Assembly: GCA_018065415.1 (NCBI GenBank)
Contig: JAGHTI010000013.1
Location: 1 to 61,710, forward strand
DNA length: 61,710 nt
Reading direction: 5' to 3'
Origin: Candidatus Equicola stercoris
GTDB taxonomy: Bacteria; Bacteroidota; Bacteroidia; Bacteroidales; Bacteroidaceae
Part shown: in pieces, positions 29,684 through 38,773 of the stretch
Numbering within the stretch: the stretch's first letter is position 1
How the letters are laid out: every line of letters begins with the position of its first letter
Position numbers and translations under genes: made by a program
The notes under the pieces: model-generated
Seen by the model: the letters and a program-made list of their open reading frames with translations, nothing else
Told to the model about the DNA's origin: nothing
The model's database searches: none

Positions 29684-29714
29684 TTTGATTTGTGCAAGAT
29701 TGATTGTAATTTTG
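29684..29714 (+). promoter_or_regulatory. Promoter for the second acyl-CoA ligase
   Basis: TTTG 29684-29687, 19-nt spacer, TAATTTTG 29707-29714. Confidence 0.6.
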
Positions 29715-29737
29715 CACAAAACAAAAGAAAACGTGCA

Positions 29738-31411
29738 ATGTCTATACCTGCAAAAGAAAACATCGGTAGTTTCAATCTTCTAATAGAGAATGCTGTTAAA
29801 AAATTCTGGGAATTAGAATCAATATCAGATTACCAAATCCAAACATTATCCTACAAAGATGTTGCAAGGAAAATTGAAAAGCTTCACATCCTCTTTGAAG
29901 AAAGTGGAATAAAGCATGGAGATAAAATTGCTCTTTGTGGACGAAATTCAGCTAACTGGGGAGTCGCCTTCTTTGCAACTCTGACATACGGTGCTGTCGC
30001 AGTACCACTACTCCATGAATTCAAGGAAGAACAAATACACAACTGCGTCAACCACAGTGAAGCAAAACTTCTTTTCGTAGGAGATTATATCAAGACCATA
30101 ATCTCACCTGAAGAGATGCCTAATCTGGAAGGTATAATAAATCTTCCTGATTTCAGTCTTATGACATGCCGTTCAGAGAAACTGGAACATGCACGCAAGA
30201 ACCTGAATGCCATGTTTGGAAAGAAATTTCCAGAACGGTTCACACAAGATGATATTTGCTATTATAAAGAGCAGGATCCTGATGAGCTGGCTTTGATAAA
30301 CTACACAAGTGGTACTACAGGGCATTCAAAAGGTGTTATGATTCCTTATCGTGCAATGTGGAGCAATTATGATTTTGCTTTGCATATTATTAATGGCCAT
30401 TACCACCCTGGAATGAAGGGTATCTGCATGCTTCCTATGGCTCATATGTATGGAATGGCATTTGAATTGATACTTGAATTCTGCATAGGAATACACATCA
30501 ATTGCCTTACACGCACACCATCTCCTGCTGTCATATTGAAAGCCTTTCAGGATTTAAAACCATTCCTTATCATCTCCGTTCCTCTTATCATAGAGAAGAT
30601 TATCAAGAAACGCATATTCCCTGAATTGCAGAATCACAGAATGAAGATTCTCATGAATACACCAGCCTTAAGACTCAAGGTGAGGTCAAAACTCTGTGAG
30701 CGTCTGAAAGAAATCTTCGGCAATAACTTCTACGAATTAATCATTGGTGGAGCTGCTTTGAATCAGGAAGTAGAAGAATTTCTACATCAAATCAAATTCC
30801 CTATGACAGTCGGCTACGGAGCCACAGAATGTGCACCTATTATCTGTTACGAAGATTGGTACAATGCTCCATTGGGAAGTTGTGGTAAAGCTGTACGAAA
30901 TATGGAAGTGCGCATAGACAGTACAGACCCAAGGACAATACCAGGTGAGATAATGGTACGAGGACTGAATGTCATGCTTGGATATTATAAAGACGAAGCA
31001 GAAACAAAACAAGCATTTGTCAACGGATGGTTCAAGACTGGAGATCTTGGGATAATGGATGAAGAGGGAAACATATTTATCAAAGGTAGAAGCAAAAATA
31101 TGTTACTCAGTGCCAATGGACAGAACATCTATCCTGAAGAAATAGAGGACAAACTCAATTCTCTTCCATTCGTCATGGAATGTGTGGTAGTACAGCGTGA
31201 TGAAAAACTCGTCGCACTCGTATATCCCGACTATGATGAAGCACAAAATGATGGTCTGGACAAAGAAGACCTGCAAGCAGTGATGGAAGAAAACCTCAGC
31301 ACTCTTAACGAGCTGATGCCTACTTATTCAAAAATCACAAAGATAGAACTGCGTGAAGAAGAGTTTGAGAAAACTGCAAAGAAATCCATCCGCCGATTCC
31401 TTTATAAATGA
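29738..31411 (+). CDS. Long-chain fatty acid-CoA ligase (AMP-binding), paralog 2
   Basis: YTSGTTGHSKG, GYGATE, FKTGDLG. ATG 29738. Confidence 0.93.
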   Translation: MSIPAKENIGSFNLLIENAVKKFWELESISDYQIQTLSYKDVARKIEKLHILFEESGIKHGDKIALCGRNSANWGVAFFATLTYGAVAVPLLHEFKEEQIHNCVNHSEAKLLFVGDYIKTIISPEEMPNLEGIINLPDFSLMTCRSEKLEHARKNLNAMFGKKFPERFTQDDICYYKEQDPDELALINYTSGTTGHSKGVMIPYRAMWSNYDFALHIINGHYHPGMKGICMLPMAHMYGMAFELILEFCIGIHINCLTRTPSPAVILKAFQDLKPFLIISVPLIIEKIIKKRIFPELQNHRMKILMNTPALRLKVRSKLCERLKEIFGNNFYELIIGGAALNQEVEEFLHQIKFPMTVGYGATECAPIICYEDWYNAPLGSCGKAVRNMEVRIDSTDPRTIPGEIMVRGLNVMLGYYKDEAETKQAFVNGWFKTGDLGIMDEEGNIFIKGRSKNMLLSANGQNIYPEEIEDKLNSLPFVMECVVVQRDEKLVALVYPDYDEAQNDGLDKEDLQAVMEENLSTLNELMPTYSKITKIELREEEFEKTAKKSIRRFLYK

Positions 31412-31521
31412 GGAGGCTTCGCCTACGATAACGATAACGATAACGATAACGATACGCTGAAGCTACGATACGTTTCACTACGATACGCTTCGCTACGATA
31501 CGCTTCGCTACGATAACGATA
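31410..31521. repeat. GTATCGTA/mini-hairpin micro-array A5 (reverse orientation)
   Basis: GAGGAGGCTTCGCCTACGATA, an (ACGATA)n run, then TACGATAC alternating with GCTGAAGC, GTTTCAC and GCTTCGC x2; starts at the stop codon. Confidence 0.9.
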
Positions 31522-31705
31522 ATAAAACAAAAAAACTCTGCGTAGCACCTTTAGGTGCCTCTGCCCTCTGCGTAAAATCATCGGCACTGCAATGTCAGTG
31601 CGTGGAGTCTATTAAAAGGCGATGGCAAACTTGTTTGATGATTGGCTTTTTATAGATTACACATATTTTGTAAAACAAAACGATGATTTCTCTGCGAGAG
31701 ACAAA

Positions 31706-31747
31706 TAACCGCAAAACCGTAAAACCGCAAAACCGCGTACAACCGTA
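31706..31747. repeat. Imperfect 8-bp tandem array (AAAACCGY)
   Basis: Same family as 27873-27921. Confidence 0.8.
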
Positions 31748-31751
31748 ATTA

Positions 31752-32111
31752 TCAAAATGCATCAATGAGATGACGGAGGGTGTGGTGTTCGTCAGTGGTG
31801 CCAATGATAGAGATAATGTCGAAACGGGCATTGCGTGTTATCTTGTAAAATCGCAGATATGCGGCAGCAGCTGATTTGAGATTCTTTATCTTGTCAGCAT
31901 CTATGGAATCTTCGGGCTCTGAGAACAGGTTGTCACGACGTGTTTTCACTTCTACAAAGACTATTTCTTTCGTAGAATTGTCAATGGCTACAATATCCAA
32001 ATCTCTATGTCCCAATCGCCAATCGTGATGACTGACAAAATATCCCTTCGATTTTAGGTAGTCTATGGCGACTAGCTCGCCCCAAAAACCAAGATCGCTA
32101 TGTTCTGCCAT
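31752..32111 (-). CDS. yraN: YraN family (UPF0102) putative endonuclease
   Basis: GFWGELVA, DLDIVA, IVFVEVKTR, RFDIISI. Confidence 0.92.
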   Translation of the reverse strand: MAEHSDLGFWGELVAIDYLKSKGYFVSHHDWRLGHRDLDIVAIDNSTKEIVFVEVKTRRDNLFSEPEDSIDADKIKNLKSAAAAYLRFYKITRNARFDIISIIGTTDEHHTLRHLIDAF

Positions 32112-32113
32112 AC

Positions 32114-32248
32114 GTTTAAAAGTTTAAAGTTTAAAAGTCAACATGTCTAAAGTCAGAGGTTAGAGTTGAGAGCTTAGAGTTAGTTCCCTAGTTCCCTAAA
32201 TCCCTAGTTCCCTAGTTCCCTTAGACCACTCATACCACTCAGACCCCA
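32114..32248. repeat. Mosaic of short 7-, 8- and 9-bp period arrays
   Basis: GTTTAAA(A) runs; AGAGTTG/AGAGCTT heptamers; about 5 AGTTCCCT; about 3 AGACCACTC. Confidence 0.75.
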
Positions 32249-32263
32249 AATTATAAACCTGTT

Positions 32264-33865
32264 TTATTTTCTATATTTCTTTATGATGCCGTATGCAGAA
32301 TAGAGTCCTAACTCTCCTGCCTTACTCAAATCACGGATACCATCTTCAATACGACCATCAAAGATACGCGTAAGTCCTCTATTGAAATATGCTTCTTTCA
32401 TGCCAGAGTCGAGGGCAAGAACTGTATCGTAAAGATCTATTGCTGCCTTATAGTCTTTCTGCTTTGACAAGGCATTGGCACGATTATATAGAACAAGAGC
32501 TTTATCCCAAGAAGTCAACAGAGAATCTGGTTTCGATGCTATTTCAGTTCCCACATAGACATCTGGTCGAAGTTCTATGGACACCTTGAGATTCTGTACT
32601 TTTCCACGACTTTCACTCTCATATTTGAGCATTACATCTTCTTCTGGGTCCTGAACAACGAGTTCATCGTATTTATGCACATCTTCATCACTCTTATGAC
32701 GTGTACCGAGTGATACCTTTCGTATCCTGTTATGACCATTTATGCCAAGACGTTTCTCCTGTTGTGCCTTGAGGATGCGGAACTCATCCTGTTCTGCTCT
32801 AGCAATATCGCCGAGACGTCTGTAACAGTTGGCGCGTGCATGTATTCCTGCCCAGAAGTCTGGGTAACGTTTTATCACTGACGAGTAATCACGTATTGCC
32901 CCACGCAGGTTTCCTGTTTTCTCCTTCAGTTCTGCCCTGTTCATGATTGCCATGAGATTGTCAGGCTCGAGTTTCAAGACAAAGTCGAAGTCAGAGATGG
33001 CCCTATTATCATCGCCCACCTGCATCCTGAGCAGACCACGGTTGTAGTGTGCAAAGAAGTTATCAGGTTCGAGGGTGAGCACCATGTCATAGTCTTCCAT
33101 ACATCCGCGCAATCGTGCCAGATGATAACGCACGATAGCTCGGTTCAGATAAAGAGGGACAAACTTAGGAATATAATGGATTGCCTTCGACAGATAGTCT
33201 TCTGCATTTGCCCAGTCGCCATGGTTGATGGCAATCTGTGCACGTGTAGCCCACGCAGGACCATTATATTTATCCAAATCAAGACTCTTTTCCAACATCT
33301 TCTCGCCATTGACAGTATCTTTCTGCAACATGTATAGTTCTGCTTTCATGGCATAGTACTTTGCATTTTTGTCATCCAACAAGAGAAGGGTATCGACTTC
33401 TGCCATAGCCCGTTTGTAGTCTTTCTGTTCCACACGACACAACATGCGGTTGTGCAATACAGATTTGTTCTTCGGATTGAATGACAATGCCTTGTTATAA
33501 TCTTCTTCAGCACCGACATAGTCGTTCTGCTGAATACGACACAAACCTCTCAGCTCATATACGCTTTCGATAAATGGGTTTATCTTCAAAGCCTCATTAC
33601 AATCTTGCTCCGCACCACTATAGTCGTCAAGATTATATTTTGCGACACCTCTTAGATACCATGACTCATATAGATAAGGTTTAGCATTGATGACCTGATT
33701 AAAATACTGAATGGCAAGTACATAATCCTCGTAGGTCAGTGCCACCTTTCCCATCATAGTGAAACGCTCCGTGTTTATCTGTGCACAGCACACCCCCTGC
33801 CCTATCCTTTCCACAGGAAAAGAGAGGAGAAATGCAAAACATGAGATAAACAGAAATCTTTTCAT
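32264..33865 (-). CDS. Tetratricopeptide repeat protein with signal peptide
   Basis: Many TPR units (AHYNRGLL, AYFNRGL, DLSKAGELG). ATG 33865 overlaps the def stop. Confidence 0.88.
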   Translation of the reverse strand: MKRFLFISCFAFLLSFPVERIGQGVCCAQINTERFTMMGKVALTYEDYVLAIQYFNQVINAKPYLYESWYLRGVAKYNLDDYSGAEQDCNEALKINPFIESVYELRGLCRIQQNDYVGAEEDYNKALSFNPKNKSVLHNRMLCRVEQKDYKRAMAEVDTLLLLDDKNAKYYAMKAELYMLQKDTVNGEKMLEKSLDLDKYNGPAWATRAQIAINHGDWANAEDYLSKAIHYIPKFVPLYLNRAIVRYHLARLRGCMEDYDMVLTLEPDNFFAHYNRGLLRMQVGDDNRAISDFDFVLKLEPDNLMAIMNRAELKEKTGNLRGAIRDYSSVIKRYPDFWAGIHARANCYRRLGDIARAEQDEFRILKAQQEKRLGINGHNRIRKVSLGTRHKSDEDVHKYDELVVQDPEEDVMLKYESESRGKVQNLKVSIELRPDVYVGTEIASKPDSLLTSWDKALVLYNRANALSKQKDYKAAIDLYDTVLALDSGMKEAYFNRGLTRIFDGRIEDGIRDLSKAGELGLYSAYGIIKKYRK

Positions 33866-34419
33866 TTTTTGAACTTCACCTTGTAGTTGCAAGATACGAT
33901 ACCTTTTAGGATATTGTTCAATTTTTTCTTTATCATCTGCTTGCGCAATGGTGACAGTCGGTCAACAAACATCTTTCCTTCCAGGTGGTCGGATTCGTGT
34001 TGGATGACACGAGCAAGATAACCGCTCACCCACTCGTCATGAGGTTCAAATTTGTCATCCAGATACTGTATGCGTATCTTCGTAGGACGGATTACCTTTT
34101 CACTTATACCCGGCACAGACAGACAACCTTCGTCTGACGTATCTTTATCTTCGTTGTAATCAACGATATGACTATTTATGTATGTACGCTTAAAATCAGC
34201 ATATTCAGGAAAATCTTCTGCCAACGGTCGTAAATCAACGATAACGACACGTGCCGACCTACCCACCTGAGGAGCAGCCAGACCGATGCCACCAGTCTTT
34301 TCCAATGTCTCATACATATCCGCAACAAATTGCGTAATCTCTTCCTTGTCTGTTGTCTCGACATCTTCTGCCACTCGTCTTAAAACAGGATGTCCATATA
34401 AATATATTGGTAGTATCAT
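33862..34419 (-). CDS. def: Peptide deformylase
   Basis: GIGLAAPQVG, EGCLS, QHESDH. Confidence 0.97.
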   Translation of the reverse strand: MILPIYLYGHPVLRRVAEDVETTDKEEITQFVADMYETLEKTGGIGLAAPQVGRSARVVIVDLRPLAEDFPEYADFKRTYINSHIVDYNEDKDTSDEGCLSVPGISEKVIRPTKIRIQYLDDKFEPHDEWVSGYLARVIQHESDHLEGKMFVDRLSPLRKQMIKKKLNNILKGIVSCNYKVKFKK

Positions 34420-34841
34420 GGTAGTTTAAAGTTTTTTGATTCCATATAATCCTGAAGTATGATTGTTGCCGAGATTTCATCAACAAGAGCTTTATTCTGT
34501 CGTGCTTTCTTTTTCAGTCCTCCTTCTATCATTGCTCTGTGCGCAAGGACAGATGTGAAACGCTCATCATAATATTCCACAGAGATATGCGGAACATCCT
34601 TACGCAGTTTTGCAACAAACTCATCTACGCGTGCCTTGTTTTCACTCGGAGAGCCGTCAGACTGTTTTGGGTCACCAACAATAATCTTTTCAACACTCTC
34701 TTTCTTTAGATAGGCGCGCAGAAAGTCGAACAGCTCTAAAGTAGAAACAGTTGCCAATCCTCCCGCTATAATCTGGAGAGGATCGGTAACTGCTAATCCC
34801 GTACGTTTCTTTCCGTAATCAATAGAAAGAATTCGTCCCAA
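34416..34841 (-). CDS. ruvX: YqgF/RuvX pre-16S rRNA nuclease
   Basis: ILSIDYGKKRTGLA, DERFTS, VDEISATIILQ; TTG start. Confidence 0.95.
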   Translation of the reverse strand: MGRILSIDYGKKRTGLAVTDPLQIIAGGLATVSTLELFDFLRAYLKKESVEKIIVGDPKQSDGSPSENKARVDEFVAKLRKDVPHISVEYYDERFTSVLAHRAMIEGGLKKKARQNKALVDEISATIILQDYMESKNFKLP

Positions 34842-34850
34842 AATAGAATA

Positions 34851-35333
34851 TTATTTTATGTTATAGAGCAACCATGCATCAGGGAATGTAGCACGCAACT
34901 GGTCACGGTTTGCTGCAGCCTCATTCTTTGTGTCGAATGTAGATGCTATGACACGGTACATGTTACGTTCAGCATTGAATGCCAACTGTGCAGCATATCC
35001 TTGTGAACGCAGCTGGTTCATAAGTCCCTCTGCATTTGCCTTGAGACCGAAAGCACCAACAACAACGCTGAAATTCTTCAGACCATTGCCATCAAGAACA
35101 TTCAGTTTTTCCTGACGGACATTAACATTGTCATAATTGTCAACAACCTTTTCCTCAGCCTTAACCTCTGTCATAGGTGCAACTACAGTTGTAGTAGGTT
35201 CTTCAACAACAACAGTCTCGTTTGCCTTTGCCTTCTCATAAGCTTTTTTATAAGCACTTTCGCTAGACTTACAACTAGTAGCAACCAAAGCTACACAAAG
35301 ACCAATACCACACAAAACAAATAATTTCTTCAT
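34851..35333 (-). CDS. SPOR domain lipoprotein
   Basis: Lipobox ATSC, FSVVVGAF, MYRVIA, PDAWLL. Confidence 0.88.
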   Translation of the reverse strand: MKKLFVLCGIGLCVALVATSCKSSESAYKKAYEKAKANETVVVEEPTTTVVAPMTEVKAEEKVVDNYDNVNVRQEKLNVLDGNGLKNFSVVVGAFGLKANAEGLMNQLRSQGYAAQLAFNAERNMYRVIASTFDTKNEAAANRDQLRATFPDAWLLYNIK

Positions 35334-35493
35334 TTTTATAAATTTTATCAGATTATTATAATATGCATATTTTTATTCCGTTGCGAAGTTAGAAAAAAAC
35401 ATTTAAACAATGAAAATAAATCCGTTTTTTTTATTACAATTTCATATTTTTAATTATTTTTGCCCTTGAAATAATATAAAAATCGTACGCAAT

Positions 35494-35733
35494 ATGAAAG
35501 GTTCAAGTTTTTTAGGTGCATTTCTCGGTGGTGCCATAGCAGGAGCTGTCATCGGGCTTCTTTTCGCTCCAGAGAAAGGTTCTGACACAAGAGAGAAAAT
35601 AGCAGACACAGTGAAGGATTTCTGCGACAAACACAATATAAAGTTAAGCAAAGAGGCTCTTGAAGACCTTGTCAACAACATCAAAGACACCATAAAAGGT
35701 CATGATGCCAGTGTTGAAGTTGATGAAGCATAA
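35494..35733 (+). CDS. YtxH domain protein
   Basis: FLGGAIAGAVIGLLFAPEKGSDTREKI. Confidence 0.88.
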   Translation: MKGSSFLGAFLGGAIAGAVIGLLFAPEKGSDTREKIADTVKDFCDKHNIKLSKEALEDLVNNIKDTIKGHDASVEVDEA

Positions 35734-35742
35734 TATAAGACG

Positions 35743-36099
35743 ATGTTTTCAACAGACGAAAAAGTAACCCTTACAGCAGACTTGATAAAGAAACTCAGGC
35801 AATATGCTGAGCTCAAGGCAGAATACTTGAAGTATAGTGGTGTTGAAAAACTGACACACTTACTGACAGCACTTGCGGTTTTCCTGATATTGTTTGTCAT
35901 CGCCACTATCATATTGTTTTTTCTGTCATTTGCCCTTGAAGCATGTTTGGAACCAGTTGTAGGAAAGGCATTCGGCTATTGCATCATTGCCGGTATCCAT
36001 TTGTTGTTGTTCGGCTGTATCTATCTGATGAGAAACAGACTTATCAAAAAGCCGATATTACGTCTATTGTCAAAAATCATATTAAAAGACAATGATTGA
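35743..36099 (+). CDS. Two-TM membrane protein (holin-X / phage holin family-like)
   Basis: Two hydrophobic helices; the usual Bacteroidales gene after YtxH. Confidence 0.7.
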   Translation: MFSTDEKVTLTADLIKKLRQYAELKAEYLKYSGVEKLTHLLTALAVFLILFVIATIILFFLSFALEACLEPVVGKAFGYCIIAGIHLLLFGCIYLMRNRLIKKPILRLLSKIILKDND

Positions 36100-36316
36100 T
36101 TCCACTGATATAAAAATACGCAAGGAAGAGTTACAGAGAAAGCTTGACATCACTTCCAAGCAGATTGCCAACGACTGGAATGGGATTGTTGGCACAAAGG
36201 AAAAGAATGTGGTTAGCAAAGGGGAAAACCTTGTGAACATTATCAACAAAGCCGTACTGACATATGACATTGTAATGCTGATTTTCAAACTAAGAAGAAT
36301 CTTTAGAAGAAAGTAA
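36092..36316 (+). CDS. Small hypothetical protein
   Basis: Overlaps the previous stop; basic C-terminus; third gene of the YtxH cluster. Confidence 0.65.
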   Translation: MIDSTDIKIRKEELQRKLDITSKQIANDWNGIVGTKEKNVVSKGENLVNIINKAVLTYDIVMLIFKLRRIFRRK

Positions 36317-36384
36317 AACACCTGGCAACATAAAGAAAGACAACGGATATTATAAACTAGTCAGCATCTTATAAAGTTAAAACT

Positions 36385-36801
36385 ATGAGCAGTAACAGAA
36401 CCGAACAACCTAATATCGCCTCTGGTAGAATAGACACACTGGAGAAAGACGAGATATTTGTATTTGGCAGTAATCTTGCAGGTTATCACATGGGAGGTGC
36501 TGCGCGAGTTGCAAATCTAAAGTTTGGTGCCGAATGGGGTGTCGGTGTGGGGTTGACAGGACAGACATACGCTATTCCTACCATGCAAGGAGGTGTAGAG
36601 ACCATCAAACCATACGTTGACGAATTTATTGAATATGCCAATAAGCATCAAGATATGAAATTCCTGGTGACACGCATCGGGTGCGGCATCGCAGGATTCA
36701 GGGACGAGGAAATTGCACCTCTATTCAAAAAGGCAATATCAGTCAAGAACATCTATCTTCCTAAGGAATTCCATAAAATTATTACCGATTCTTCTTTATA
36801 A
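36385..36801 (+). CDS. Macrodomain-like protein (A1S_2505 family)
   Basis: IFVFGSNLAGYHMGGAA, QTYAIPT and FLVTRIGCGIAG (macrodomain-type IGCG loop). Confidence 0.75.
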   Translation: MSSNRTEQPNIASGRIDTLEKDEIFVFGSNLAGYHMGGAARVANLKFGAEWGVGVGLTGQTYAIPTMQGGVETIKPYVDEFIEYANKHQDMKFLVTRIGCGIAGFRDEEIAPLFKKAISVKNIYLPKEFHKIITDSSL

Positions 36802-36879
36802 CATCACTTTTTTCTTTATAACATCACTTTCATACAGAAATAATTCTGTACAGACGATATAGTTGTCATATCATCTTCT

Positions 36880-37400
36880 TGCAAGCAAACAACACAGCGT
36901 ATATTATAACTAACAACACCTTATATTATACAAGGCAACACATATCGCTACCATCCATTATATGTGCTGATAAAACCCACCTAAAGTGCAAGTAAGCACA
37001 CTATGACGTGTCAGCAAGCGCAACCATACGTGATGAGGCGACCTACTTGATGTGTCGCGAGGACAAAACTTATTTGACGCGAGGACCTACCAGACCTATC
37101 GAGCAGAAACACCTTTATTGTCTTTCACATCTACCATCTGTGGAAATGACCTTGATGGAAAGAAGTTGGTATCGGAAAATAGAAAAGTTCATTAAATTCA
37201 AACTCGCGTAGGTATCATCGTCAACTACGTGCATACCGATTCTCAATTTGCGATATACTGATTTCCAACTATGAGCTTTAGTATTTGCAAATCTCGTAGA
37301 TTACCTCGTCAAAAGTCGTGGTTTTTTTCAACAAAAGTCGTGGGTTCACTCACCATTTTCGGTTGGTCCTGTCAACAACACTCGTTGTGCGAAAAAGCAT
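36880..37400. repeat. Degenerate 22-bp-period noncoding array
   Basis: CAA at 37222, 37244, 37266, 37288, 37310, 37332 and 37376. CAAAAGTCGTGG at 37310 and 37332; CGCGAGGAC at 37056 and 37078. Confidence 0.7.
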
Positions 37401-37740
37401 TTAAGGTAGATAACTTCGTCTTATCTGGTAGGTAGCAAAAAGGGCTTATCATAAATGGTTTTCCCAAAATGGTAAAGCGGTAAAAAGGAGAAGTAATGAA
37501 TGAGTCAAGAAAAGTATTAGTTCTAAGTTTATCAACCAGTAAAAAGTTATATCATAAATAATAAAAAAAATACAATGAATTTATTTTATAATCTATTGAT
37601 AATCAATAAATAACACATCTGGACTTTAACAAAAATTAACAGGAAAAACTTGCTTCTTCGAGTTTAAGTTTTAACCTTTGCATCGTGATTAGTCGACAAA
37701 TCATCATGTTTAATTTAATATTAATTTAATACAAATAAAT

Positions 37741-38769
37741 ATGATAATTACAGAAAAAGAAAAGACCCAGGTAATCTTCTCAAGTCTGTTGGATAGACAT
37801 TATCCTGAGTTGTATAATCAACTTAGCAAAATTATGTGGAAATATCACAGAGGATTTGGTCACGTGTGCCACACTAAAGACTATTGGGTGCGAGATTTCA
37901 TGCCAGTTCAAGTTTATCAGGATGTATTCGCGAAATTCATTTTTAATCCTGATTATCTCCAAGACAAGAAGAAGTATATAACTGATGTTGACAATGTTAT
38001 AAACAACTGCCCCTTCATAAAGGACTTCATTTTTGTTAATATTCCTCTTGTCATGGATGGTGGTAACATGGTGTTTTGTAAAGGACGAAAAGGTTCTACA
38101 TTTACATACTATGTCGTAATCACAGAGAAAGTGTTGTTTGAAAATACCAATTACAATAAGGAATCTATAGAAGCCCTTCTTAAGTGCGCATTTATTGAGT
38201 CTAACCTAACAGTGGTCTGGCTCCCATGGGATAGAAAAGATACTTTTGGTCATACCGATGGAATTGTAAGATATATAGATGCAAACAAAGAAGGAAGACC
38301 AATAGTATTAGTCAATCTTAAATTGTATGAAGATAACATAGCAAATCAAATGTATGATGCTTTGGCAGAACATTTCGAAGTCATAGAACTTAAGTTAAGC
38401 GAATATAACGATTTAAGTTGGGCTTATATCAATTGCCTACAAACTGCTGACTTTATCATTATTCCTGGTATAGGCAATGATATTACGGACGAAGAAGCCA
38501 TAAAGCAATACCGTGAGTTATATCCGGAATCCGATGACCATATTTATATGGTACAGATGCGTGACTTCATTGCAGAACAGGGAGGCGCATTAAATTGTTT
38601 GACTTGGACAATCTATGAGGACTTTCACAAAACTCTTCTAATCAACAAATATGTAGAAAGGAAAAATTCAGACGAACAGAAATGTTTTCCCGTTCAGAAA
38701 AATTTGGATGAATTTATGAATGAATACTCTTTAAAAAGCAACTTTAAATTTAAATTTAAAATTAAGTAA
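37741..38769 (+). CDS. Agmatine/peptidylarginine deiminase family (pentein) enzyme
   Basis: WVRDFMP, MDGGN, GHTDG and GGALNCLT retain the Asp-His-Asp-Cys catalytic set. Confidence 0.85.
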   Translation: MIITEKEKTQVIFSSLLDRHYPELYNQLSKIMWKYHRGFGHVCHTKDYWVRDFMPVQVYQDVFAKFIFNPDYLQDKKKYITDVDNVINNCPFIKDFIFVNIPLVMDGGNMVFCKGRKGSTFTYYVVITEKVLFENTNYNKESIEALLKCAFIESNLTVVWLPWDRKDTFGHTDGIVRYIDANKEGRPIVLVNLKLYEDNIANQMYDALAEHFEVIELKLSEYNDLSWAYINCLQTADFIIIPGIGNDITDEEAIKQYRELYPESDDHIYMVQMRDFIAEQGGALNCLTWTIYEDFHKTLLINKYVERKNSDEQKCFPVQKNLDEFMNEYSLKSNFKFKFKIK

Positions 38770-38773
38770 TAGT

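Noticed and set aside
27935-31411. Recent duplication or gene conversion between the acyl-CoA ligase paralogs
   Set aside because: Synonymous differences are frequent throughout and identical stretches are short; this looks like an old tandem pair.
35743-36801. Prophage remnant suggested by holin-like and phage-associated family names
   Set aside because: No integrase, structural or lysis genes; YtxH followed by a holin-like gene is an ordinary chromosomal cluster in Bacteroidales.
37008-37211. 67-aa ORF in the accessory patch
   Set aside because: GTG start, no motifs, and it lies within the 22-bp periodic noncoding array.
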